This document shows positions 42,067 through 55,802 of a stretch of DNA of 64,000 bases, in pieces. The stretch covers positions 24,490,001-24,554,000 of the forward strand of contig OX597833.1 of the NCBI GenBank assembly GCA_951406725.2, given 5' to 3'. Origin of the DNA: Octopus vulgaris. Taxonomy: Eukaryota. Below the pieces are notes generated by a model. The model had not been told where the DNA came from. It worked only from the letters and a program-made list of their open reading frames with translations, and did no database searches. The position numbers and the translations under genes were made by a program. How positions within the stretch are numbered: the stretch's first letter is position 1; every line of letters begins with the position of its first letter.

Positions 42067-42354
42067 GTACGTGTGAATATTTGTGCGTGTGTGTGCGTAT
42101 GTGTGTTTACTTGCAAGATGAAAAAAAAATTCCTTAAAATACTTAAATAAGAAACTTAATCAAATCCTTGGCCGCTAAATATTTTAACTGGAAAATTACT
42201 ATCGATGTTATCTAGGTATTATTTCATAAATAAATAAATAAATAAATAAATATATATACATATAGGTATGTACATATATGTATGAACATATGCATATATT
42301 TATATATTATTTATATATATACCACACATTCACTCCTACGCCTCTTATATATAT

Positions 42355-42757
42355 AAGGCGTAGGAGTGGCTGTATGGTAAGTAGCTTGCTTACCAACTAC
42401 ATAGTTCCGGGTTCAGTACCAGTGCGTGGCACCTTGGCAAGTATCTTCTACTATAGCCTCGGGCCGACCAAAGCCTTGTGAGTCGATTTGGTAGACGGAA
42501 ACTGAAATAATCCCGTCGTATATATGTATATATATATGTATGTATGTGTGTGTATACGTTTGTGTGTCTGTGTTTGTCCCCCCAATATCGCTTGACAACC
42601 GATGCTGGTGTGTTTATGTCCCCCGTAACTTAGCGGTTCGGCAAAAGAGATCGATAGAATAGTACTAGGCTTACAAAAGAATAAGTCCTGGGTTCAATTT
42701 GCTCGACCTAAGGCGGTGCAGTCAAATGACTGAAACAAGTAAAAGAATAAAAGAATA
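42355..42757 (+). mobile_element. SINE family A
   Basis: Full head and tail. Confidence 0.85.
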
Positions 42758-43136
42758 ATGTATATATATACATATATAATTACGGCGGTGCCCCAGCTTG
42801 ACAACAGCTCTCAAGGTCTCAAATCGTGTGTGTGTATAAATATGTGTGTGCATGTGAGCGTATGGTGTGTGAGTGTGAGTGTGTGTCTTTGTGAATGTGT
42901 TAGTTCCCCTCCCGCCCCCGACAAGCGGTGTTGGTGTGTTACGTCACCGCAAACTAGTAGTTCGGGAAAAGGGTTTCACAGAATAAGCAAAAGGCTATAA
43001 AAAATGAAGTCCTGGCGTAGAGTCGTTCGACTAAAAATTTTTTAAGATGGTGTCCTGACGTAGGTGTAGTCTAATGACTGAAACAAATGAAAGTTATGAA
43101 AGTTAAACATGAAAGATATATATATTTATACCTACA

Positions 43137-43504
43137 CTAGCAGTATCGCCCGGCGTTGCTCGGGTTTGTAAGGGAAATAACTATAAAGCATTTTTAGAGA
43201 GTTATAACCAAAAAATGGAAAAAAAATGATGGTAAATTTTTTTAGTTAAAAAGGTCGAGTTGCGTCCCCTAGACAGTCTGTGGTTTGTGTTTCTGATTCT
43301 CGACCCCATGTCGAATTTATCGATTTTTTCAGAACTGGGGGAACTTTTCAAAATTTTCGCTGCGTTAGTTTTGAATTATGACATTGGGCTATGTGTGTGT
43401 CAAGTTTCATCAGAATCGGTTGAAAGCCGTGGTCAGGGTGAGGGTACAACCTGACAGCCACACAGACACACAGACAGACAAACTGCCGTTTATATATAGA
43501 GAGA
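43137..43504 (-). mobile_element. non-autonomous Helitron, family H3
   Basis: CTAG plus hairpin at 43137-43165; 5' TC near 43504. Confidence 0.85.
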
Positions 43505-43537
43505 TACATATATATGTATCGATGCATACACAAACAC

Positions 43538-43574
<37 letters not shown>

Positions 43575-43576
<2 letters not shown>

Positions 43577-43767
43577 GGTCCCGGGTTGATTCGGGGTTAA
43601 CCACAGTAAATAAGGTACTCAATACATAGCAGAGTAAAATTAATTTATTATATAGAAGGAGCTTCTACAGGACTAGAACTGTTTCATTCAAGAGAAATCT
43701 TCAGGAGCTTCCTGAAGATTTCTCTTGAATGAAACAGTTCTAGTCCTGTAGAAGCTCCTTCTATATA

Positions 43768-43773
<6 letters not shown>
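43575..43773. mobile_element. fold-back insert in (TA)n with a perfect 64-bp-arm palindrome
   Basis: Arms 43643-43706 / 43710-43773. Confidence 0.85.
43703..43759 (+). ncRNA. type I hammerhead ribozyme
   Basis: aggagcttc CTGAAGA t ttc tctt gaa t GAA acag..ctgt A gaagctcct. Confidence 0.75.
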
Positions 43774-43798
<25 letters not shown>

Positions 43799-43910
43799 CG
43801 CGTCTAATCGTCCACCTGCTTCTCTGTCTGAAACAAATATAAGATAAAAGACAAAAGATATATATATACTTACATATGTATTCTTTTATTATATATATAC
43901 CTACATATGT

Positions 43911-44190
43911 GAAGGCGCATGGCTCAGTGGTTAGAGCGTCGAGCTTACGATCGTGAGGTTATAAGTTCGAATCCTGGACCGGGCTGCGTGTTGTGCTCTT
44001 GAGCAAGACACCTTATTTCACGTTGCTCCAGTTCACACAGTCGTAGAAATGAGTTGCCTTTCCTTTGGATAACACCGGTGGCGTGGAGAGGAGAGGCCGG
44101 TATGCATGGATGACTGCTGGTCTTCCATAAACAACCTTGCCCGGACTTGTGCCTAGGTACAATCTCATGGTCAATCAAGACCGAAGGGGG
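43911..44190 (+). mobile_element. SINE family C variant
   Basis: tggctcagtggttagagcg A box, gttcgaatcc B box; homologous to 63318-63653. Confidence 0.8.
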
Positions 44191-44331
44191 TCTCCGCACC
44201 TACATATGTTCCTTTATTTGTGTCAGTCATTTGTGTATAGCTATGCTGGAGTACCATATGTATATATGTATTCAAAAAGACGCGTGAATATCTACACGTC
44301 TCCATCTGTCCATTTGTTTATATGCTTGTCG

Positions 44332-44409
<78 letters not shown>

Positions 44410-45469
44410 TTAGTCAAATACTCCTTGGGAGGTTTCTACGAACCACTCCCCTGATGTCATATTCCGATCAGTGTTAGCATTAGTTTCCAGAATTATCCTT
44501 CCAGTCATCGACATTTAACATGTATTTTACAAGGGATTGCAACGCATAGAGACACACACTTACGTGCAGATATATTATATGTACTTATATACATCTATAT
44601 AAACAAATATATATTTATGTAAATACATATATCATACATGCATTCATATTCATATATTTATGTAGACATACAAGCATGTATCGACATATATAAACGTATG
44701 TAAATATAGTTGAATAAAATTTGGTTAAAAATCTTGTAATATGCTATACGATGCTAATCCTAAAGTACTGGATATCGAATGTAATCATTCAGTGGGAATA
44801 CTCCTGTCACTGGATATACATTTGGAATTCAATAGCTTCTGTAGTGTTTATATTAATATAATAGAATATAGGATGAACGACAAACTTCATTCCATATCAT
44901 TTCAATTGTTTCTACACATCAGCCACGTAGAAAGATTTGTAGTGAATTAGGATAAAAAATGTCAGTCAATTCAGTTTCTCTTATTCATTTCTTTATATAT
45001 GTACGTATATGTATGCATGTATGTCTTTATGTACGTATGTATGTATACACATATATATTTACGTATGTATATACACGCATTTTTATATATTTACATACAT
45101 ACGCGTACGCACGCACACATATTTTTATATAAATGACTACTATAAGATGTGGATTCAGAGAATCGTATGGCTATCACAAAAGGCTCTTCTCACGGACTCG
45201 GCTATAAGTTCACATAGTAATCCAGTACAAAGATGTATAATACAGAGTGTCCACGTAACTGAAATCGTGAAGTCCGATCGATGAAATTACTTCGTCAGGA
45301 GTACATAAACTACATATCTATAATATCGATTATATTATAGTTTGCAATTATAGTAATTGAAGATCAGGCCTTTTAAAAGTTTCAATTTCATTTCTCCCAA
45401 GAAAAAATTAGATCAGATCTTTTTAAAAGCTGTCATTTGATTTTTACTAAGTAAAAATTAGAAAATTGG

Positions 45470-45790
45470 ACCATAAATAAAAGAAATTAAATTAAACAGT
45501 ATAAAAATAAATCATTTCATCTGATTGCAGATTTCAGTTTAATCAAAGCAGCCCGTGGGGGCATAGGAATGCTCAGAGCTAATGCACTTTACTCAGAAAG
45601 GGTCATTGTAAGACAGGAGAGATTTCCTAGTATGCGTAATAGCATCTGTGATAATAATCATTGGTGTTGGCATAACTGCTACCGAACTGTAAAGTTTTGA
45701 AGTTATCCAGGTGTGGGTAAAGCGGCTAGACAATCAATTCTATCATCTATCATTTATCAAACCGAAACTAAAAGCTTTGCTTCCTTGTTA
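45470..45790 (-). pseudogene. decayed Penelope-like reverse transcriptase fragment
   Basis: FKTLQFGSSY...AITHTRKSLLSYNDPF*VK...APTGCFD*TEICN resembles the PLE RT segment HxRKSLLF...WVK...MGxFDGAEICE. Confidence 0.6.
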
Positions 45791-46884
45791 ATGAAGTCGT
45801 AAGAGCTATCTTATAAGTTTTTGAGACATTACGAGAAAGGAAACTGTTTATACAGATGTGTTTTTCAACCTCTTTAAAGTTTTCGTCTTATATGAAGGTC
45901 CATGAAACGTACTTACAGAAATGCTCCAGGTCACGAGTTCAGGTGTCTTGGAATGTATTAGAATAGTTTCTCTACGTTATCTACTTTATCATATTACCGC
46001 TGCTTTAGTTTGTGGCGGACATTTCGCATTCGATAATTCTTCATACGATCCCTTTTGGAAAAATTAGACTTTCCGGCGTATTCGTTAAACAAGTCGCTCT
46101 GTTTTTAAGAAGTTTCATATAAATATTCCTATCTGGGTAGGTACCGTGTTTGCCAGTGTATAAAACATTCATTTCTACTTTTTAATGTGTTACAAGAAAT
46201 TGCTCTGTATCTAATGCGGTCGTGTTGTGACGAGAGAACGAGTGCTTGGGTGAGGGTGCCGGATAAGCATACTTCTGTTATGCACAATAATTGTTATGTA
46301 TAGTAAAATATTGAAATCAGTCAAAATATGATAATCTGCTAGCCCAAACTTGCGTGAAATTTCACACGCTACTCTGGCTTTTATGTGAGAGAGGTTAAAT
46401 CATTACATTATATCTGCTTCCCCATCATACAACTGTTAAGTGTCTTAGATTTACGTATGACTACGTTATATTTAAGAAACATATTTTTTTTAGATAATCT
46501 AAATGTATATTCTCCTAGAAATATGAAAGGAACGTTAAAATTCCATCCGTCTCTCTGTTATTCGCAATGAATGAATTACAACAAAATCACAACGGTGGTG
46601 TGCTACACTGGTGGCTGATTCGCGGCAACAAAAACTTCACAGTAAAAAATATGAAGTTTACGACTTCGTGACCAAAATATAAACTTATAAACGGTTGATC
46701 TGAAATAAGATCAAATTCAAATACGTTACTTGTATAAAGTAGTTTAAATATGATAAATTTTTGGCTTCACTTTTCATTCCAACAAACAACAGCAGCATTG
46801 TATCTAGATGGTCGTGATAGAACTGAGCAACTGAGGAGCATAGAATAGGTTTGTTGGAACAACCGGTAGGGACAATATGTGTAT

Positions 46885-47084
46885 TCTTTTATTCATTTAC
46901 TTGTTTCAATCTTTTGACTGTGGCAATGCTGGAGCACTACCTTGAAGGGTTTTTAGTCGAACAAATTGACCCCAGGACTTATTCTTTGTAAAGCTGGTAC
47001 TTATTCGATTAGTCTCTTTCGCCGAGCGGCTAGGTTACGGGCACATAAACACACCTACACCGCTTGTCAAGCGATGAACAAAAT

Positions 47085-47115
<31 letters not shown>

Positions 47116-47290
47116 ACACACACACACATATATATTTACAACGGGCTTCTTTCAGTTTCTGTCTACCAAATTCACTCCCAAGGCATTGGTCAGCTCGAGA
47201 ATATAGTAGAAAATACTTGCCCAATAGACTGAACCCGGAACTAAGTGGCTGGGAAGCAAGCTACTTACCACACAACAGCACCTGTGCCTC
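46885..47290 (-). mobile_element. SINE family A
   Basis: Reverse complement of the family consensus. Confidence 0.8.
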
Positions 47291-47552
47291 AGCTGTAGAG
47301 TTATTTAAGAGACGCGTGGGCCACGATTTCGTACATTATTCCTATCTGACTAAATCTAACTAAATTAACTGGCTTAACGTAAATATGTATCCCTCAGCGT
47401 GACTGTGTGGTAAGAAGCTTGCTTACCAACCACATGGTTCCGAGTTCGGTCCCACTGCGTTTCACCTTGGGCAAGTGTCTTCTACTATAGCCTCGGGCTA
47501 GCCAAAGCCTTGTGAGTGGATTTGGTTGACGGAAACTGAAATACGTTCGTCG

Positions 47553-47600
<48 letters not shown>

Positions 47601-47669
47601 TTTCAAAATTATGATGCTATGATGCTAGGTGTTCCCATTATTTTTTCAAACCCGTGTGTATATATACGC

Positions 47670-47718
<49 letters not shown>

Positions 47719-48382
47719 GACTCCATCTCACTTATGGTAGGGAAGAAGTCTGTCTCCCTTGTCAGTCGTTGAAAAAGTGCTGTCACGTGGCTAAGATACT
47801 CAATATATGACACAGATTTTGAATATCGTATCAGAAGCTGATAATTTAGTCGCTGCTCGGACGATTTTCGTCTACTTTCAATATATCTATATTGTGTTTT
47901 TAAACACAGCTACACATCCATAAGTTATATTTTCTTTGTACGAATACCGTAGTATATTAATTTTCTTCAATATATGTACATTAAATACAATACATAGATG
48001 TCTATTTTAATGTAATACTGCTTCTATAAAAAATAACGGTCTTTTTTTTATTAGCAGCTCCAGTGATTGTTCATTCTCTGTTTTACTACATCGCTGACAA
48101 CAGATTTCGGTGACAACTCTCAACAATGTAGAAATGCGCATCTAACATTCTCACCACCCGTTACTCAGACAGTTTTTGTCTGCTTCTGATAGACGTCGCT
48201 TATATAAACACAGAACGACCATAAGAGATACTATGTCCGGACAAATATCGCAGTAAATTTGATTTTTGCGATGTATATACATGAAATAGAATACACAGCT
48301 GGCCATTTTAATCTAACACGGTAACACACACATACATACACACACATGCGCGCACACACACACACATTTGCACAAATTGCAT

Positions 48383-48592
48383 ACTCTTTTACTGTTTTAC
48401 TTGTTTCAGTCATTTGGCTGCGGTCATGCTGGAGCAGCGCTTTCAGTCGAGCAAATCGACCCCAGGACTTATTCTTTTGTAAGCCTAGTACTTAATCTAT
48501 CGAATCCCTTTGCCGAACCGCTAAGTTACGGGGCGTAAACAGACTAGCATCGGTTGGCAAGCGATGGTGGGGAGACAAACACAGACACACAA

Positions 48593-48651
<59 letters not shown>

Positions 48652-49244
48652 AATACATACATACATACATATATGGTGGCTGCCCTCTCGTTATCGAGTA
48701 TGGCCATTGCACGAAACTTAATGTTGTTATCGTGCAATGCTTGTGCAAGAAGATTTTTTTTTAAGTGAGGAAAGGCTGTGCACTGAGTCAATCCCACTCA
48801 CTAAGCAACAGCAGCCATAATCCGAAAAGAAGAACAAGTCAACATCATCGGTAACCACTGAGCCGCAGGTTTTATGTCGGAGTTATCCCAGTTACCTGAG
48901 TTACCTTCTCCTAGAAGGACTCCCTAACAAAGGCTAGGAGTCCTTCACTCCCAATGGTTTAACCGCGCGATCGGGTATTCAGTCCGATTATTTCTATGTC
49001 CCCGCGCATGATACAGCTTTAAGACATTTATTGGATGGCCGTTGACTCTCAAGAGTTCCTCCGCCCTTTGACGGGTTTTGTTTTTCATCCCGCGGGGTTT
49101 CCAATAAATACCCTCCTCACCAAGCAAGCTTGGTGGGGTTGCCGGTTTAGTCGCCGACGACCCGACCATGCAACAGGTTGTACTGGGTTACATGTTACCA
49201 GTAGCACTCGAAAGTGACCTGACTGACATATATACATACATACC

Positions 49245-49292
<48 letters not shown>

Positions 49293-49480
49293 CATATATA
49301 TATATTCATATATATATAAACTTATATACGACGAGCTTCTTTCAGTTTCCGTCTCACAAGGCTTTGGTCGGCGCGAGGCTATAGTCGAAGACACTTGCCC
49401 AAGGTGCCACATAGTGGGACTGAACCCAGAACCATGTGGTTAGTAAGCAAGCTACTTACCACACAGCCACTCCAGCGCCT
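48383..49480 (-). mobile_element. SINE family A split at its internal microsatellite by a 550-bp insert
   Basis: Tail 48383-48600, head 49325-49480. Confidence 0.75.
48675..49228 (-). mobile_element. non-autonomous RTE-related retroposon
   Basis: RTE-like 5' motifs gagagtcaacggccatcc and ctaggagaaggtaactc; 3' end ggccatactcgataacgagagggcagcca then microsatellite. Confidence 0.45.
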
Positions 49481-51127
49481 GCTTATATTTGTCAAAGGAA
49501 TTTGATGGTAACAATTTCTTTTATTTGTGCATCTTTTGCTGACTAAACTTTATAAAGAACAATAACAACAGAGGACAGAATTGCACCGGTAGCCGGAGAA
49601 TTGTGGATGTTATCACCTAAGCAAAATCTACTATGCCTATTCACGAACGAGAAAACTATAGAAACGCAGCTCTTTCATAGCTGTAAATTACAAAATAAAT
49701 CCTCAACCGCCGCAAAAAGAACAGTCACTCTCAAGACTCAGGAGCGACATTGCTGTTAAAGATAAAACTGCACGATAAAACATTTTAATATCATTGAAGG
49801 TGTACATTTGCAGGTATCATTGCTTTTGCTCTGAAACAAATAGATCCAGTGGAAAGGTTAATCCAATATGATTGGTACTTTCTTCCTGCCGTTAGTGGTT
49901 GCCATCAAGCCAGGCTGACCTAAGGCTGACCACACCTCTCTTTCAGAGTGTACTGGAGTATGTACGCTCACTGTAATGGACAGCGCTGTAATTTCATACA
50001 TAAACCGCAACCCAAATAGTGTTAGGTTGATTTACAGTTGGCGTGGGTCTTCGTCAGTTACGATGACGAACTTTCTAGTTGATTCTATCAACGGAACAGC
50101 CTGCTTCTGAAATTAACGTGCAAATGGTTGAACACTTCACAGACACGTGTGTCCTTAACGGTCGTGTTCCAATATTTCAATATTTCTCTCTTAAAAGTGG
50201 GTGTTTGTTTTAGTTTGGAAAAGATAGGACAGCGACGCCTTCTTTGACTAAACCGAAGTCGGTGCGGTTTGGCGGGGATGGCAACAAATGGGTCACTGCT
50301 TTAGGAAGCAACGAAGACAAGCAACATGGTCTGATTCCTTGTAACGGAATGGATCCGCTAAACGCATACTATGGCCAGATGCAGAATGAGACGTTTAGGC
50401 GCAGCTGCTGTGACGCTGATGATTTGCGACATCTGACTGTACAGTTCAGCTGTGGCGCTCGAAGCAAAGAAACGCGCGCTCAGAAATACACACGTACTGA
50501 GTGAGTGAGAGAGAGATAGTTAAAAGGGATTGACATAAACACTTTCCTTTTCCTCATACACATAGCGGAATATGCTTACACACATAAACAGAGAGAGGGG
50601 AGAAAGAGACAGGGAGAGAAGAGAACGAGAGAAACATTAAAACGTCTGATGTCAAATAAGTCATCGCCGATTCAGCCACGCCGAATAGATAGTGCCAAAA
50701 TGACTGTACCAAAACGTCTTATGCCCGGCCAGGTAATAACGTTAAACAAAACGTCGTCTTTTTCTCTGTTTCTCTGTTAGAGATACGTAGGAGTGTTCAC
50801 TCTCTCCATCTGACTCAGAATGATATTGTCAATGTGAAGAAAGTATTTCAAAGAAATTGACATGAAGCCGAGTCAAATGGAAAAGAAAACAAACAAATCA
50901 GTGTGAAATATATGATAATTCTCTTCACTTCTATTTACATTAATATTGTATTTTGCTGGAAAACTTAATAATACATGCCCCCACATAAGCTAGAAAACAT
51001 GGAAGTATATTTTCACATAAAATTGTTACAGTAGACGCAAGTTTATTTATGTATATACATACACACACACATATATATACAAACACACACACACAGTGAC
51101 CACACGCACGCCCATACGCACACACTC

Positions 51128-51174
<47 letters not shown>

Positions 51175-51593
51175 CATATATATATATAAATGCATTTATA
51201 TATCTGTATATATATATATGTATATGTAAATATGTGTGTGTATACAGACATACACACCCGCACACACAGACACACACAGACACAAACACACACACACATA
51301 CACACACACATATAATATGGAAGCATTAATGCATGTGTTAATAATTTCATATTGCAATGTTTCAACAATCACCATCATCATCATCATCAACATCATCTTT
51401 CATCATCACCGTTATTATCATTATTCATATTTTTAAAAATTTCATTTTCTGTTTTCCCAAACCCGATTCTGCTTCACTCCAAACGCACGCATACACACAC
51501 AGACACAGCAAACACACAAACACACAAACCACGCACCCGCGCACACAGATACATCACTGTATGTATGTATGTATGTATGTATGTATGTATGTA

Positions 51594-51637
<44 letters not shown>

Positions 51638-52074
51638 CAATTGTTTGCGCCGTGTGTGTTTCTTAACATGGCGCATATCTGATGTGAGTGTCTACCGAAG
51701 CATGCTTTATTGTTTTATATCTGCCCCTGCTGATATCATTGCTATTTCTGTGTACCTCAAAATCCGGCATAAATTTCTTGTAGATATAACATGCTGTAAT
51801 GCATATGATGTCTGCACCAGTGCATATAATGCAATGTAACGAACGGTGCATATTTTGTGTAAGCATTTATGCGCCAAGCGTTTATAAATAAATAGAGAGT
51901 GCAGAGCAGGAGATTGTTGAACTGCTCAGTATATTCGCAGAATTATTCTTATTCATATATTTTAATGCTTTTAATTTTTTATCTCACTGTTTTTCTCTTA
52001 ATTTTTTTAAAATATATTTTCTTCTTGATTTTCCAGCGCAGAATATCAGAAGTTTATGAATGATTGCAGGGGTG

Positions 52075-52100
52075 TCCTCCTCCTCCTCCTCCTCCTCCTC

Positions 52101-52145
<45 letters not shown>

Positions 52146-52205
52146 TCTTTTCTTTTTAACTTGTTTTTCTTTCTATTATTCTACTTTTTCTTTTACTTCT
52201 TTTTC

Positions 52206-52271
<66 letters not shown>

Positions 52272-52352
52272 TTCTTCTTTTCCTTCTTCTTCTTCTTCTT
52301 CTTCTTCTTCTTCTTCTTCTTCTTCTTCTTCTTTATCTTCTTCTTTATCTTC
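52075..52352. repeat. compound triplet microsatellite (TCC/TAC/CAT/CTT)
   Basis: Directly visible. Confidence 0.95.
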
Positions 52353-54008
52353 TTCGTTGCTGGAATACTAATCATCGCAAACTGGGACACGAAGTGTTTA
52401 AAACAAGAGCAAACAGCAAGAAGAGCCCTAAATCAATACATTTCGTTCGTCGCGCCCGCTCGCCACAATAAAAGTCTATAGGGTCATATTTTGTTTCTTG
52501 ATCCTAGATTCGATTATATTCTTGTGGTCCGTCTCAATCGTAACCTTGGGGGCGCACAAGACTGAGAGACTTCAAGGGGGTGGATTCCACTTTTAAATGT
52601 GCCGAGAAGAATATAAGCGGCAAAGTTGACGCCGGCAAAATTTGAGCGAATACATTAATAAATGTAATATATTAATGTAATGCGATTGTCCATCACACTG
52701 CTCTATTCGTCTGCCATTTGGTTTGATCTAAGAACTTGGGGTTCAAAGAACTAAAATTTTTAAGTAACTTTCCATTTACGAAGTGTAGATGTGGATGTGT
52801 TCAAAGATCAATTAGACAATAAAAGATTGACAGTTGTTTTCGAAGCTTAGCTTTTAACAGCCGGAATTATATGTCGTTTACTTTATAAAAACGCTTTTAG
52901 AAACTTCGAGCGATAGGAAATAAATCGTTTTAACGGTGGGACTCGAAGTTGATAAAGCTATGAATAACAACATAAACATCTGGTTAAAAATCTCCTCAGA
53001 TGAAAAAAAATATCGATGGCTACCCACACATTCTGTGAACATGGTAGTGTTACTATCATTATACCAAAGTACCCCTTCGAATTTCTTCTATCCGTTTTAT
53101 AAGCTTTGTTCTCATCAGTGATAATTGCATGTTGTTTACGTAATAAGATTGTTTTGTTTTTTAGAAACTTCGTAAGATAGTAAATGTATCATTTTAATGT
53201 GGAACTCATAGTAGATAGAGTTACATATTGGGTTAACAGTGCCGAAGATTGCTTGTGAGGTTTTGATGCACATCTTCTGTGGACATAAAAAATTTAGTTT
53301 CTAAGAATTATACTGGTGTGACTGAGAATTACTTCTAAATTAAAGTACAACAACATCAGCAAACTTTCAGGAACTCTGGAAGCTTTTTGCTTGAAATTAT
53401 TGAAGAACATTTGGCCTTTAACACATAAAAGAAAAAAATACAATTATTGGGAAAGTACTAAATCATAACAAAACTAGTGATCAGGTTCAATGGTTGTGAT
53501 CATTGAATTGGATTTAAAAAATGAATATAGTATTTGATAAGTATTCTAGTTCACATTTCAGAGCTAATATATTGTGTCATTCTAAATCATTATTTTCTAT
53601 GAAATATATAAATATTACTATGGTTCAGCGCCGGAAAGCCATCAAAATATTCTTGTATGCTCCATAAAAACAAAAGCAAAAAGTGAGAAAAGAGAAGAAA
53701 AAGAAAAAAAAAGAGTTACACAATAAAGAAACAAAAAAATTCTAATTTTTGAGGGTTTTCATTTTGTACGAAAACTAATAATATTGGTTGATTTATTTAT
53801 TTATTGCTTGAAAATCAGTAAAAGAGAAAACTCGGTGAGACAGCTTGAATAGTTTAAAAGTTTAAAATTAAACTAAAATTTACGATATTTATGGTATTGG
53901 GTCCAGTTCAACTGAAATATATGCACGTTTGTGTAATATTCTGTAATGCACATGTTTATGTGTACGTGTATGTGCTTGTGTGCATGCTTATATATATATA
54001 TATGTGTG

Positions 54009-54077
<69 letters not shown>

Positions 54078-54166
54078 AAGTTAATCCAACCAAGAAAACA
54101 AAAAGACAACAACGCGAGGATGTGGAACAAATAAAGTATTATTGGACGCTCAGGAAAGAAGGGAAG

Positions 54167-54200
54167 TATGACGTTTCGAGCGGAGCTCTTCGTCGGAAAG
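54167..54200 (-). ncRNA. minimal hammerhead-like motif with CCGACGA (U4C) core
   Basis: CCGACGA a gagc tcc gctc GAA acgt C; stem I barely pairs. Confidence 0.55.
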
Positions 54201-55309
54201 ATAGGAGAAAGAAATATCCCGAGGTGGGAGGACAGAGGGAAAAAAATGCAAGTGGTCTTCACGAGGTCACATACTGAAAAGGCGGAAGTGGTAAAAAAGA
54301 GGGAGCATGTTTTCAAAAACAGGAGAGCGGAATCAAAGAAGGAATGGTAAACCAAGGTGTGCGAGATGACAAGGGTGTGTGTGTGAGTGTGTGCGTGTGT
54401 GTGTATGTGTGTATATGGTGGGCAATGGCTAGTGGCAAGCAGCAGTTAGCGAGTCAGGAAGGCAGGTCAGAAACAGGGAAGAATGTGTGTGTGCGTGTAT
54501 ATGTCTCGTGTGTGTGTTTTGTTGTAGTATATGTGTGTGTACGTGTGACTTTTTTTGTGTGTATGGCGAGTAACTGTGCTTAACTAAGTGTATGTGTGCG
54601 TGTGTGTATGTGCTTGTACGTGCGTATATGTATAATTGTGTGCATGTATGTATGTGTGCGTGCGTATGTGTGCGCATGTTTTGGTGTGCGTATGTATGTG
54701 TGTGTGTGTGCTTATATGTGTGTACGTATGTGTATGTGTGCGTGCGCGTGGAGGTATATGTTGTGTGTATGTATATGTGTCGGTGTGTATGTGAATTCGT
54801 GTGTGTTTGTACGTGTGTAAGTGTGTGTGCGTGTATTGTATATATATATGTAAATGTGTGTGTGTAAGTGCGTGGGAGTGAATGTATGTATGTATGTGCG
54901 TGTGTGTACAAAATGTGGGGGTATTATATGTGTGTTTATATGTTTATATGTGTGTATATGTATGCATGCAAGGACACACTTCGCAACTGAAAGAATGATG
55001 GAAAATACTCTTGCGGTGACAGGCGCATGAGAAACCCCAGGCACAACGCACTCGCCCAGGCGCGAACCCGAGATAAAGCCAGGCCCCACAGACATGCGTG
55101 CATGCATGTATGTATGTGTACGCGCGCGCGCATGCATGTGTGTGTGCGTGCATGCGAGTGTGTGTGTAGGTATGTGTGTGTGTATGTATGTGTGTGTGAG
55201 TGTGTATGTCTGTGTGTATGTATGTCCGTATGAGTGTATGTAAGTATGTGTGTGTGTGTGTATATATATATACACTTACATAATACGTATATGTATATAT
55301 ATATATATA

Positions 55310-55704
55310 CTAGCAGTATCACCCGGCGTTGCTCGGGTTTGTAAGGGAAATAATTATATAAGCATTTTTAGAGATGTAAAGTATAATAGCCATCTCAATA
55401 TGGCTAACCACAAAGGGGGAGGGGTGTTACTGTAGCTTTTTACGTTCTGAGATTTAATAATAAATTTTAGAGAGTTACTTCCCTTATATATGTCAAAAAT
55501 GGATTAAAAATGGGAAAAATTGATGGTAAATTTTTTTTTAAATCGTAGACTCATCGTAGACGCGCGCTAATACCCAGACGGTCTCGATATGAATCACGAC
55601 TATAAGATACCCGGTTTTGGTTAAACTGCACCGCAAAATGTGGGAGTAGTTAGGAATCTAAATCGTAGGAGAAAGACACACAACCTCACTTTTATATATA
55701 AAGA
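55310..55704 (-). mobile_element. non-autonomous Helitron, family H2
   Basis: CTAG plus hairpin; 5' TC; homologous to 13448-13842. Confidence 0.85.
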
Positions 55705-55802
55705 TTTCCTCTACATAATATTGAGGTCTCTTTCTTTCTTTTGTTATCTTACTGTTTTTACCAATATACATATATATATATATATATATAAATATATATA
55801 TA

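Noticed and set aside
43911-43985. tRNA gene
   Set aside because: It is the tRNA-derived head of a SINE and continues into the family body.
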